64,000 nt of DNA from Selaginella moellendorffii (taxonomy: Eukaryota; Plantae; Lycopodiophyta). The DNA is taken from NCBI RefSeq assembly GCF_000143415.4, contig NW_003314268.1:2984559-3048558 (forward strand), in the 5' to 3' direction. The translations under genes and the position numbers were made by a program. Positions 1-13,102 of this stretch are shown here, piece by piece; the stretch's first letter is position 1, and every line of letters begins with the position of its first letter. The notes under the pieces are model-generated. The model saw only the letters and a program-made list of their open reading frames with translations, had not been told where the DNA came from and searched no databases.

Positions 1-1103
1 ATTCCATATTCCAGCTAGGGAAGTTGATTCTCACAAAACCCTACTCTAATGAGCTCACTAAGGGTGCAGTTAAGTTGTATTTAAATGAGTATATTCATGA
101 TTTACCATAATTTTTTTAATTGTAATCCAGTTTGTTTCTCTTAAACTAGTATACAGTTAATCTAGCATAATTTCAAAGTACATGCATATAATATCTTTAT
201 CAATAATATTTACTTAGCAATTCTTTTTTTTCACTTTGGGAATATATTAGTGTTCTAAATATATAGTATATGCTGTATAGTATTGTGTGTATATATATAT
301 ATACATATAAAAATATCAAAAGAAAAAAATTGTATAAAATTATTGATTTTTGTACTAGCATTTGCTGGGCAATATGCACTAAAGGTGATTCTACATTGCA
401 GGGAATTGGCTCTAGTCTACTAGTATGGACATCATATATTAACCTAATATCTACTAGGACAAATAAGATTGGGTTATCCACCAAAACACCTCATTTGTTA
501 GTGACATTCAATCAAAGAGTGTTTTTGTTTTGATCCCAGGTTCCTAGGCTCGTTTACCGAGATTCCCAAGATTGTCCTTTGTTGAATGTTTGCATAAACT
601 CCCGCCCGCCAGAATTTATCTGTGTGTTAGGCGGGGACAAGTGCTAGCGACAGAGAGATGATGGACGGAGACAAAGACAAAGTAGACGTGAGCATACATC
701 ACAAGCACATCCTGCTATGACATTCTCAAATATATGAGTATATATTTTTGGATGCTGAAGTGTGTTCAGATAGATGAGAAATAAATTCTTAAGAGTGAAG
801 AATACTTGGTTACAAATATACTTATTCTATGAATATATTGTAGTTTAAAGAATGAAATACTAATAAAAAGGAGATACTGGGAGATTCTTCAATTAGAAAG
901 GAGATATTCAGATATTCTGGGAGTTTCTTATTCACCACATGACGACGAACACAAAAAGAAGCTCTGCTGCAAAGCTACAAACTTAGGACAAAGAGAATGG
1001 AGTTTCATCGATCGATCGAGGAAACTCCTCTTGATTCTGAGAGAAACAGCTAAAGGGAATGGAAATCGCTGCAGAGCTGGCTCGGATGCTTAGCCGGAAG
1101 ATC

Positions 1104-1568
1104 TTACGAAGCCTTGGCTGCGTCCTGCAAGTAGCGGCTGATATCACCGCCAGTGCCCTGCGTCTTCTCGCTCAAATGGTGCGCGGACTCAGCTATCCTC
1201 CTCCTCACCGTGTCGATCTTGTCCGAGCCTGGAGGGTGTCCGCCGCGCATGTACTGGTAGAGCCACGACACCGCAGAACAAAACACCGCAAACATCCCGG
1301 TGCCGATCACGAAGAGCGTGCCAAGCGGCACCAGCACGGGGCTAAAGAAGAGCAGGAAGGGCGAGGCGATGATAAAGCCCACCACCGTCACGGTGATCAC
1401 TGTGCCCGCCAGCGCTAACGCCGCCAGAATCCCCAGAGCCTTTGTAGCGCGAGGAGCCGAGGATTTGCCCCTCTGGATCACCTCCTTGGACTTGTCGCGC
1501 GTCGCCTCCACGGCGCGGCCGCTCTTGTCGCGCGCCTGCTCGGCCGCTCGCCCAGCTTGATCAGCCAT
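1104..1568 (-). CDS. Oleosin (lipid-droplet protein), intronless, 154 aa from MADQAG
   Basis: Long hydrophobic hairpin with the proline knot PFLLFFSPVLVP (P-x5-SP-x3-P), followed by the typical GGHPPGSDKID..RRRI C-terminal segment. Confidence 0.95.
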   Translation of the reverse strand: MADQAGRAAEQARDKSGRAVEATRDKSKEVIQRGKSSAPRATKALGILAALALAGTVITVTVVGFIIASPFLLFFSPVLVPLGTLFVIGTGMFAVFCSAVSWLYQYMRGGHPPGSDKIDTVRRRIAESAHHLSEKTQGTGGDISRYLQDAAKAS

Positions 1569-1669
1569 GGCAGTACTGTGATAAAAGTGAGTGATTGATC
1601 GATGGAATGAGCGCGCACAAGCGATAGAGAGAGAGAGCCCAAGAACAAGCGTGAGGAACGGGGCGATTC

Positions 1670-1840
1670 GTGGAGCTTTTAAACTTGGGGAGTGCATGGA
1701 GAGCGGTCTTGCCGCGGTGACACTTGGCAGGTGCCCCACACATAGGGCATCTGCCAGGTCAGCGCCACATGTCTCTCTGGCATCTCGCCACGCCAACTCA
1801 CCTGACACGTCACTTGCCACACATGCTAGGGCTGAGTCAG
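1670..1840 (-). promoter_or_regulatory. Oleosin promoter with ABRE and RY-like elements
   Basis: On the minus strand: TGACTCA (1833-1839), GACGTGTC ABRE (1804-1811), CATGCA RY core (1693-1698) and TATA-like TTTAAAA (about 1677-1683) ahead of the ATG at 1568. Confidence 0.6.
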
Positions 1841-1940
1841 CAACTATGATATAAAAGTGCAATAAAGCAAGCCATAGAAAAGGAATAGATTATAACTCGC
1901 CGAGCAAAAACTAGGGTTCTTCGCGCAGGGGCTCTGATCG

Positions 1941-2605
1941 ATGGCGGCCATGGATCCCGATCAGGTGTCGCGGGCATTCGTGGATCACTACTACAACACA
2001 TTCGACGCCAACCGCGCCGGGCTCGTCTCGCTCTACCAGGACGCGTCCATGCTCACCTTCGAGGGCCAGCAATTCCAGGGCGCGCCCAACATCGCCAACA
2101 AGCTCAATAGCTTGCCCTTCCAGCAGTGCAAGCACAACATCTCCACGGTCGACTGCCAGCCCTCGGGCGCGCACGGAGGTATGCTCGTCTTTGTCAGCGG
2201 GATCCTCCAGCTCCCCGGCGAGGAGCACCCCCTCAAATTCAGCCAGGTATGATCCTCCTCCATTCTTTGCTTGGAGCTCAAGAGTTCTTAGATCCCTGCG
2301 TGATCCTCCTCGAGCTCGAGGAAGAAAGAGATTCCTTCTTTATGCTAGCAAGTTTCACTTCGTTTCCTTTTAGATCTGTTTGATCCCGCCATAGATCTTT
2401 CGTTTTCTCTTGGTGCTCTTTTGGTCCCCCCCATCGATCTTTTGCTTGTTGGATTGGATCGAATCAATTTTCTTCGTTTCTACTTGGATTGGATCATTGA
2501 AATCGATTTTCTTTGTGGATTTTTTTCTAGATGTTCCATCTCGTTCCCACGGCCGAGGGTTCCCTCTTCGTCCTCAACGACATCTTTCGACTGAACTATG
2601 CTTAG
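1941..2605 (+). CDS. NTF2: Nuclear transport factor 2, 2 exons (1941-2246, 2531-2605)
   Basis: MDPDQVSRAFVDHYYNTFD...SMLTFEG...DCQPSG...EEHPLKFSQ spliced to MFHLVPTAEGSLFVLNDIFRLNYA*; GT-AG intron. Confidence 0.97.
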
Positions 2606-2933
2606 CTCGAACTTGGCTGGGGAGGGAAATGAAAAAGAAAAACAACTGATTGCTGCCTTTTTTTTGTGCTATTGTATTTATCCACATTAAGTATGTATTT
2701 ACTCAAAAGCCTCCACATTGAGTAAGTCCACGTGGAACCATCCGAGCAATTTAGATATTTGACACGTGTCCAAGACAAAGCCCTAAAGTTCCTGTGGACG
2801 AAGAAGCACTCGCAAGATCTCCTCGACGTAGCTAGAATGCGGGTGGAGATTTGCGCGGGAGCGATGCATTGGGGCACCGTAGGCGCGAGCGCGCGATAGG
2901 GATCTCTGTTTCTAGGGCAGGAGGACCGGAGCG

Positions 2934-4642
2934 ATGGATCATCTCAAGCGCAAGGTCTGTTGGAACACCAAATGCCCCGCGACCAACAGCAGCGTGTGGA
3001 AATCCGGATGGGGCTTGCAGTCGGGGAGAATAGCGGATTTGTGCGACTACTGCGGGTGAGTGAATTCACTCTTTTCAAAATGTTTTTGTGAAGATGGACA
3101 ATTTACGGGTGAAATGCTGCTGGTGTTTCTCACAGGTTGGTGTACGAGCAATCGAGATTCTGCGAGACTTTTCATTCCAGTGATGCGGGATGGAGAACAT
3201 GTAACAATTGTAAGAAGGTGAGTGTTTGTTTTCTTTCGTCTTTGGATCTAAGTTTTTGTTATTGAAATGCAGCCTGTCCACTGTGGATGCATTGCATCAG
3301 TGTCTTCTTTTGTTCATCTCGATTTTGGTGGGGTTGAATGCGTGAGCTGCGCGAAAGGATTGACTCCATGCAAGGTATCGTACGACTCAAAAGCTTCATT
3401 TCTATTATTTCAGCCGTGGGGCTTTAGACAGTTGAAGGTCCGGCAAATGTGTCCTCCGAATCCACATCCCTCACAAGAGTCAAGGCCTCGGATCAATCTT
3501 CCGAGGATGAACAAGCAGCATCTCTCGCTGGCTCGGTTAAAAGGCAAAAGCTAGAAAGCCCTGAAGAAAAGGAACCGCAGGACGTTCCAGCAATCGACGA
3601 GCTCGGAGGATGCCACAAACAGTTGGGCCCGGACGTTGTGACGGACAAGGAAAGGCAGCAGCAAACGCCGGACGGAAGGTATGCTTGCTAGTTCTTTCTT
3701 TTTTCTTAGTTTTCTCTCTTCAGAGATTCAGTAGTGTTTCCTGACTTGTGGAAGCTCCACCACCGTCGTACCGTTATTCGAGAAGACGCTCACGGCAAGT
3801 GATGCTGGACGAATCGGCCGCTTGGTGCTCCCAAAAGCTTGTGCTGAGGTACTGAAGTTCATACAAACTTACGCAGGGATTTGTGAGGTCTTACGTTTCG
3901 TGGTGTTTCCTTTGTCAGGCTTTTTTTCCTCCTATATCTTCGCCCGAGGGAATACCGATCAAAATGAGCGACTCGAAAGGCCAAGAGTGGCAATTCCAGT
4001 TTCGGTTCTGGCCAAACAACAGCAGCAGGATGTACGTTTTGGAAGGCATCACTCCTTGCGTCAAAGCATTGCAACTGCAAGCCGGTGATGTAGGTGAGTG
4101 ACTTATAGCACTCCAAGGCATTGATCTAACGTTGGAAGTTGCAGTTACTTTCAGCCGGATCGATCCTGGAGGCAAGATGGTCATGGGATATCGAAGAAAT
4201 GCTGTGGTTCTCAAGCCCAAGGTTCTCGGCTGATCCTTCCATGAAGAACGATGCTTACGTTCTAATATTTCTAATTGGTTTTCCTCTAGGCGAAAGCTGT
4301 TAAAGATTCCACCACTGCGTTTGCTCCAGGCTTTGTTAATAAGAGCTTGGCATCGAGGGAAGGCCCAGTGAGTTTTAGCTCTCCGAGAACTCCGGAGTGT
4401 TCCACGGCGAGAAGCGCTTGGGAGGAAGCTCAAGATTGGCTTTCACCGCCGCCGGGGATCACTCCCAGCATCATGACGATCGATGGACACAGATTTGAGG
4501 AATACGAGGTAAGAGTGACGATCAAATCACAGTTTCTAGATGTTTTTTGATGGCCAGATTTTTTTTTCTCGTTCTTGGTGATATCTAGGAACCTCCTGTG
4601 ATTGTGAGAAAGGGCTTTGATAGCTCCCCAGCTATTGTGTGA
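2934..4642 (+). CDS. VAL: VAL/HSI2-like B3 transcription factor (PHD-like + B3), C-terminally short, multi-exon
   Basis: N-terminal [26 protein letters not shown]; B3 segments [25 protein letters not shown] and [20 protein letters not shown]; then [26 protein letters not shown], stop at 4640-4642. Confidence 0.9.
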
Positions 4643-4812
4643 GGAACGAGAGAGAACAATGCAACGTAAAAAACAAAGTTACCCTTGTGGTACGGGAAAC
4701 GGGGATCCCTTGTGTACGGTCGGGGCTTTCCCCGCGCAAAAGGGTTTTCTCATTTAGCTATGGCGAAGTGAAGAGGATGCTTTAGAGCGCGGGATCGCCT
4801 AGGGTTTGTGGA

Positions 4813-7800
4813 ATGGCGTCGAGCAGTAGGCGCAGGCTCAGCAGGGAGGAATTGGAGAAGACGCGGCTGTGGCAGGAGTAAGTGTGATCTCGTCTCTTGG
4901 CAGGGCTAGACTGATGCATGCTTGAGGTAGAGTGAACGCGAGCAGCAGCGATGAGGAGGGCTCGGCGCAAGAACCCGCGCACTCCAAGAAGCGGGGAGCT
5001 GCGGTGCGGGGAGATGGGCTTCCTCCGGTAGGAATTTCAACATTTTTGGATGTCTGAAATCTTTCACAGAAACGTCGTAAGCGGCAAGTGTCTTTGGAGT
5101 CCGAGAGTGGGAAAGACAGCAGTTTGGAGCAAGATGATCGAGGAAAAAAGAGGAAGAACAGGCAGTCTGAGGATTCCAGTGATGATCGACAAAGCTTAAT
5201 AGGTGAGGGTATTTTCTTTTCTTCTGGCCGCGTTGAAGCATTGGCAACTTTTCTCAGACGTGATCAAGCATAATGGGAAGCTTGTTCCTCGAGCTGTGAA
5301 GAACTGGATTGATCGCTACGAATCAAGCCAGCGGCCGGCGACATGCGAACTTATTATGTGTATATTTGAGGTTAGCTTTTGTGGGATTTTCATTTGTTCT
5401 TGCCGCGGTTTTTCCTTACGCTCGTCTATCAAGGCTTGCGGTGCGAAGTACAATATTGACGAAGATTTACTCGACGAAATTAATGTTGATGAGGTTGTTC
5501 TCGAGCTTGTTAGTCAGGCTAAAGCGGTACGTGACTGTTTTGTCCAGTTTTTGTTTTCAGTACTCATTGCCTGCGAAATAGGGGGATGTGGAAGATTTTG
5601 TTACGTCGAAGCAAAAGGATCTGCGTGGTTTTAAAGACAATCTGACATTATTCTGGGATACCTTCGTTCTAGAATGCCAAAACGGACCACTTTTTGACGA
5701 ACAACTTATGGAGATGTGCATAAACTTTGTGACGGCGCTCTCATGGCAAGTTAAAAAAAAGTTCTGCTTACTTTCGTTCTCACGTTGGCCTCTTCAGCAC
5801 CCCGCCTAGGCACTTCCGGCATGTCTCGACGCTCATCGGACTTCAGCTCGCGACATCATTTGTCACCGTTGCAAAGACGCTTTCTCAATCTCGGGAAACG
5901 AAACAGCGCCAGCTTATTGCCGAGGAAAAGAAGAAACGGAAGGATGCTGCACGCATCGAGTCGCTCAACAAAGTCCTGTCTCAAACGCACGATAAAATAA
6001 CAAAAATCGAGGGTATGATCCAGGCCATAATCCGCGGGTACGATCATTTTTCTCTAAGGTTCAATTTTCTGATTATGAATTCCTTCCCAGGCTCTTTATG
6101 CATCGGTATCGTGACGTCGACGTAGATATCAGAGTTGCATGCGTCAAAGCCATTGGTGGATGGGTTATATCATACCCGTCCTACTTCCTCAATGACCTCT
6201 ATCTAAAGTATATCGGATGGACGCTCAGCGATAAGGTATGAAAAGCTTTCCCGCTTGCATGCCTTCTAACTGTACATTGTGAAGAACGTAGCCGTCCGCA
6301 AGAGCTCTATTGAGGCTCTCCGAGCTATCTACGAAATTGATGATAATGTACCTTCTATGGCGCTATTTACACAACGTTTTTCTAATCGAATGATCGAACT
6401 AGCGGATGATGTTGATATAAGTGTTGCAGTGAGCGCCATCGGCTTGTTTAAACAGCTGCTAAGGTGCGTTTTGGTTTTGCTGCGATTAATCACTAAGTTG
6501 TGCAATGAATCAGGCATCAACTTATCAAAGACGTGAGCCCTCTGTACGATCTTTTGATCGATGAATCGCCTTCGATTCGTCACGCTGTAGGACAGCTAGT
6601 TTATGAGCAGATGATTGCCGTGCCAAACGCAGAAGGTGTGTATTATGCTGTTTAGAGCCACTTAAAACTTTTTTTCTCTACAGAAGGCGAGGACAGCGAT
6701 AAATCTGATGTCCAGTTAAAGAGATTGCTAACGATCCTGAAAGACTTCGCAAGTGATCCCATTCTAAGCGATTATGTTATCGATGCTGTCTGGGAAGAAA
6801 TGAAGGCTATGCAGGTTTGTCATTTTCCTTTTCTTCACCACTCCTAAGTTGTGTGTTGTAGGACTGGAAGTGCCTAATTTCGATGCTACTGGATGACAGT
6901 GAGAATCAGGAGCTGACAGATGTCGATATTGCAAGTTTATGCAGGGTTCTTGGTGGTTCTGCAAAGAGATCAGTTGGTGAGAAACTGGTGCCTACCATTG
7001 ACAGTCGCAAGGCAACACTAACAAAGGCGCAGAAGGTATTTTGTCTATGGTTTGGCAGAATTGTTGATTTGCTATCCTGCAGGAAGCTTTTGAGTCCAGT
7101 AAGAAGAAATTGACAACGGCAATGATCAAGCCTCATCCGAAGTTGTTAAGGAAATATCTTGCGGACAAATCTAAAGTGTGTTATATCGTTGAGATCATGC
7201 AACATATGAATCTTGATCTCTATTCATTAAAGCAGCAAGAACAGGTACATACACAACTGCATGATAGTCTAAATTATTCTGTGTGTTGCGATTAGAGCTG
7301 CATTTCATCTCTTGAGCTCACAAGGGACGCGTTCTTTAAACATGGGGACCGCAAGACGTTGCAAACATGTGTCAACACTTTAGTCTTTTGCGCTAGTGAG
7401 ACGAAGGCAGATCTTCAAGATGCTGCTCAACGCGTTTTGAAAGAAACGACTGATGAAGTTATTCGCAAACTGAGATCGGCCATTGAGCACGCGGGGGTAA
7501 CGTTTTCGATACCGTTGTTTCTGCCTTGTACTGACTCGAGTTCATCAGGAAACTGAAGACGACTATTCTCTTACGGTGAACTTGCGACGGTTACAGCATT
7601 TGCAGTTGGCAATGCCTATAAATAATGAAGAGCTCTACAAAGATCTACTCACACTTCTGGAAGACTTTAGTGATTTGGAAGACGAGGTATAGTTCCTTTT
7701 ATTGTTTTCTATCTTACAACCCTACTTGCTTCAGGCTGTGCAACTAGATTTGACAAACATATTTCTGTATGTGATATGGTACCTCAAAAGTATTGACCAC

Positions 7801-9296
7801 GATAATCCAGATGAGAATCAATTAACTAGTCTTATAACCAAGAGATCTACACTTTATAAGCACCTTGAAACTCAGATGGACAATGTTATTTCGAGTTTCA
7901 GTGACGGGCAGACCAAGTCCTTGCTAAGTTCTACGGTAGGTCTTGAAGCTGACTAATCACTCAGAAGCTAACTCTCACGTGATCCCAGATTTGCACCATT
8001 TTCTCGGACCTTTGCAGCCTTTTCAGCAAAGAAAAGCTGTCCTCTACGAAAATTGAACGATTGGGGTTTTCTCCCTCTTCAGAGAGGTTGGAGAAGTTTT
8101 GGGAGCTGTGCGAACTCAGGCTATCTGTACCTGGTAAAAATCTTTAGTGTAGATCAACTGAATCTTTACTTTCAGATTCAGATGACGACGACATGGAGCT
8201 AGAGCGAGAGGAAGAAGCGGATTACTTTAGCCAGAAAGATATCGTTATCACGTCGGCTGCAAAGCTAGTTGCGCATGAAATGATTCCTAAGGTACGTCTC
8301 CTTTTGAAAGTTTCAGAGGGACTACAAAGCTTGAAGTTTCAGGACTTTATTGGGTCGGAGATCATATCGCACTACGTGCTCCATGGCAAGGGAGTCGAGG
8401 AGACCATAAAGCAGCTAATTCTCGTCTTCAAAAAGAACATGAAGTCCCAAGAGCTATGTAGCCTCTATCTGGACGCTATGAAGAAGGTGAGCCAGCTTGT
8501 GCAAAGCATGTCGTGACTCTGGAAAAAATTTCAGGCATACAGCAGACATTTAGAGGACGATGAAGAAGCAAAGCCTAAATCATTTGAGCTTTGTAAGGAG
8601 CTAGCGAACCGTCTTTCAGCGACATTTTCCGGTTTCGCCCGTAACATCCACAGGCCAAGCATCTTAAAGCTCGTAAGAAATGGCGTGGAGCATGCGTTTG
8701 AAGATACTCCCACGCAGTTGTCATTTCTCGAGGCGTGCGTTTTACCATTCTTACAAAGATTAGCTGCAGCCGACATACGAGATATGTAAGTTCTCTTACA
8801 TTTCCTTGCGTCGTAAGCCACTCACTTGCGCTTGCAGCATCGAGAACGTGCAAAGCAGGGTAAACGACGACGATGTAGATCAAGATCCGACTGGGTGGCG
8901 TCCATATCAGACATTCCTGGAGCATCTCCAGGAGAGGGTGTCGAAAACAGAAGCTCCAGGTCAGTAGTGACTGTTTTCTTTCTATTTCATCTGCTTTTGT
9001 CTTTTCTTTGTTTTGCAGGAAAGCATGACCAGCCTCCTCGGCCACCTAGAAACGCCAAGACTAACAACAAGAAGAAGCTGTTTGGAGATGAGTCTGAGAG
9101 CGACGAGGAGCAACCATCGGAGTCGGAGGACCAGATAGAAGATGACGATGACACTCCTCTCTACCAAGTGCGACAGAAGCTCAAGCAAAAAGGACCAACT
9201 ACTGTGCTGTCCCCGCCTTCTTCTTCGCAGCACTCAATGAGAACCCGGAAGAAAGCTACGGTGCTCACGGGCACGGAAGAAGACCTTCCGGAGTAA
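4813..9296 (+). CDS. SCC3: Cohesin subunit SCC3/STAG, many short introns
   Basis: STAG/SCD motifs across exons: [86 protein letters not shown]; acidic C-terminal tail. 3' end approximate. Confidence 0.95.
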
Positions 9297-9498
9297 GTAA
9301 TTCTCATTTTCATTTATACTGTTCTTCTCACGATGTGGTTTGGGTGTAGGTGAAATCTTGATTGTCTCGGCTCAAGACAAGACTGATGTTGTAAAGTAGG
9401 TGCTGTTAGGTCTCGCAGATGCAAGCTCTCCAAATCGTAACGAGGAAGATCTCGTTTTGTCAGTCGCGAAAACTATCACGGTAAAAATGGCTACATGA

Positions 9499-11361
9499 TT
9501 ATTGGTCAAGCTCCAGAGACTTAATACTTAGTTTCCAGGGATTTGGAAACTTCGAACTTAAGGCTTGCTGGAGAGTGTTTCTTCGCAGTAGATCAATGGC
9601 TTGTTTGCTCGCGACGCAGCGACAAGATTTGTACTGGCTTCCACTCCCGCCTCTCGCGACGTGCTGCTCAAACAGCTCTCTAAAGCTCCCGCCCCTCACC
9701 ACGCACAGCTTTAGAGGACCGATGGCTCCACTACTCCTCCCACGCAAGTAAGGATCGTTGAGAGACACGTCCAGGAGCTCACAGCAGTCTTGCAGGGTGC
9801 TCGGATCCATGGAGCCGCCGTGGTTGAGCTCCCAGAAGATGGCGTAATGTCCCGGGATGGACGAGAAGTCGGCGTAGCCTGCAAAGTCGTGGAGCTGGCT
9901 TGAGCTCCGCAGCAGCAATGAGGCCTTGTGGACTACGGCCTGGAGCTCGAACTCGTCCGTTTTGTCAGTGGCTACGCTCATCACCACGTTTCTCCGGAAA
10001 AGAAATCTCAGGCTCGGGCTCGAGTTGAAGAAGCCGGCCACTTGGACGACATCTCCGAGCCTGTATCGATAGAGACCTGTGAACTCCAAAGTCTGACAGG
10101 GAGAAAAACGAAGAACTTGGAAGCAAAACGTACCAGATCGAGTTGTCACCACGATCTCATACTTCTCTCCGATCGTCACCTCCGTCAGACCAACGGGACG
10201 TTGCTCCTCCAGGCCATTCAACTTGGTTTCACCGTCGTGGTAGCTAAGAAACTCGAAGTACGCAAACTCCGGGTTCACGGTGAAAGTGGCTGGCGACGAG
10301 GCCGGGCTGAGGTTGATCCCGATCAAGCACTCGGAGCTGAAGTAGTTTCCGCAAACCAGCGGAGTTTTTCCAGCGAGAGCTCGCAGCCTCGGGGCGTATG
10401 GTGCCATGGCTCCGGTTGTGACAGCTACCACAGACTTCGCGTTGGGCCACAGGCGCTGGACGATCCCGTCCATGCTAAACGATCGAAACTCCCTTCTCAG
10501 CTGCTCTGCGAGCTCGGGACTGGGAGGAGCAATGCCGGACATAGCGAGCCGCAAAATCGGGTCTGTGATCCTCGAGCTCAAGCTTCCAGCCTCGATGTCC
10601 TCGAGCAGCTCCGACCAGACTTGCTCCAGCACCCGGAAAGCCTCGGTCAGTGCGAAGGCGAAGGCCGAGATCACGACGGTGACTTCCTCGCGGCGGAGGA
10701 GGCCGCAGAGAAGGTGGCAGTAGAGGCACTGGTACATGCTGGTGGACTGGAAGATCTTGTGCGGGGTGACGAAGGATGCGGCTGCTCGCTTGAAGTGAGC
10801 GCTGTTGAGACCGCTGGTTGTGACAGTCTCGGCCTTGAAGCCACCTTTCGTGAGGGACTGCTTGCTCGCGAACCAGAATGCCAAGTAAGTTTCGTCCGGG
10901 TTGATCGTGAACACCCTGTGCCAAGCCGGAGATATCAGTGGTGGACGGAAGAATCGAGAGTTCTACTGGCCTGTTGTGCGCTTGATCCACGGCTTCTTTC
11001 GTCACCGGGATGAGTTTGGATCGTCCGGTCGTCGTCCCTGAGCTGAGAAAGAATTTGACAAGGAAGAACGAGACTTTGCGGAAACCACACACCTGATGAA
11101 GAACTGTGAGATTGGATCGGAGCAAAGTATTCTTCCAGTGTCGCCGTCCGCAATACGCTTGATGTCCGCTTCGATGTCATTGTACTCTACGAGGGGTAGC
11201 TTGTGGAAGCCATCGACGAGGTTGGATTCCTCGTCCAGGCCATGCCGCGTAAGGTACTCGGTCCCGGCGTTCTTCTCCAGGATTTGCTGCAGGAGCTCGC
11301 GTTGGATGACCGCGGCGTTCTTGGTTGCGTGTTCCATGCTCTTGAGACAGATCGAATGCAT
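9499..11361 (-). CDS. GH3: GH3-family acyl-acid amido synthetase, multi-exon
   Basis: QRELLQQILEKNAGTEYL, motif I SSGTTTGRSKLIP, motif II YFSSE, motif III GLYRYRLGDVV, PGHYAIFWEL, IGPLKLCVV. Start codon uncertain. Confidence 0.95.
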
Positions 11362-13102
11362 CGCTGCTTACACCAAAAAAACCAATCACCAAATTCAATG
11401 AGACTGGAATCTACGTACAGCCAAGAGCAACGCACGAGAAGGCAGGCAAGGAAGAAAAAAGAGAGACGAGAGAGCCGACTTTGAGGAAGGAAAGATATGA
11501 GGAAGCTCACCACTTTGAAGCGACCAAAATCATGCAAACAGTGGTCGCGGAATCCTCGATGCTCGTCTGGGAAGCATTGTCGTAAAATCCACAGGAGACC
11601 CCACACTGCACAGTCGCGTAGAAAAAACGTTGGAGAGCCTCTCTCATATATTAAAATGCTGAAAAGATGATGGATCCAAAACGGAACCAAATCACGGCAC
11701 CTGGGAGAGGAGATCAATGGATTGATCGATTTGATAATGGAGACGCCGAAAGAGAGAGGAATCGAGTGGCAATATGAAAGCGATCTAGCAAAATTAGGTT
11801 CAATCAGAAAGTATAGGAAGAGTGCATAGTGGGCGACAAGTGCCCGCTCCATCACATGGCCCGGATGCTCCCAGTCGCCTTCAACTAAGTTCCTCCTAAA
11901 TACATTAGTAATCTCCCTTAAGTTATCTAGCTCTTTAGTGTCAGGCAATGGTTGTTGTGGGTGGGCTTTTGAGACACCAGAAAAAATTTATTCTTTTATT
12001 AATGAATATCTCAGAACAAATATGGCAATATGTGATTGCACATGGAAGGAATCTATGCAGCAAGGTATATCATTTATTGGATATAGTGGTTTAGTCATGC
12101 CAAACCTAGATTTTCGAAAGGCAGATTTTCGAAGACCCCAAGAGGAGGAACAGGCTTGGCATAGATGTGTGGGCACAAGTCAAATCTTGAAAAAACATAT
12201 ATGAATATATATATATTTTTAAAATCCAAAATTTATAAACATATTCCAAAATTATTTTTTAGGCCTATACCATTTTTCATGCCACATATGGAAAAAGCAA
12301 GGCTTAAAGTTATCAAATAAATTAACTTTCTTTAGTGAATAGCAAAAAGATATCAATGTTTATATATTCGGCATCCTTAGAAATGGAAATTGTGCATCAT
12401 AGGTGATACAAGTGTATAGTGCATTTATATTTGGTCTCCAAGCTTATTATGCTAAATGAGGGTTTAATATACACTAAAATCCCTTATGAGCATTTACTCC
12501 TTATATATGTCATTGTAGGATGAAATTTGGATATACTATTACTATGAAACATTAGGGGATAAATGGGGATAAAATAGTTACTAATTATTAAGCAATTGCC
12601 CTTTTTCTAATTAGAGGAGAGAAATAAAGTGTGCTATATGTAGTATTAGAGCAAATGGCATGGGTTTGATTCCTATTTATTAATGGTTAATATAATATAT
12701 CTTCGAGTAAAATATATTCTTACTCATAAATTTGAAATCATACATATTATGTCCTCTTTTGTGGATGCTCTACAGATGAGGTATCTACCATGGGATTGTG
12801 GTACGGATGGATAATTAGTTACCTCACAATATGGAATAACTAATTTACATAATCTATGACTAGTTATCTCACAACATGGAACATTTAATATACACAATGG
12901 AATAATTGTTAATCAATGGAATATATGGAAGTGTTAGTTCTCTTGTGGATGCTCTATAGAAAAAAGTATCTATTGTGGGACTGTGGTATGGGTGGGTGAT
13001 TAGTTACCTTACAATATAGAATAGTTGGTCTACACAATCTACCATAGGACTGTGGTATGGGTGAATGACTAATTACCTCACAATATGAAATAATTAATTT
13101 AT

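Noticed and set aside
11187-11948. 253-aa ORF upstream of GH3
   Set aside because: Runs through GH3 leader/intron-like pyrimidine-rich sequence, with no domain signal
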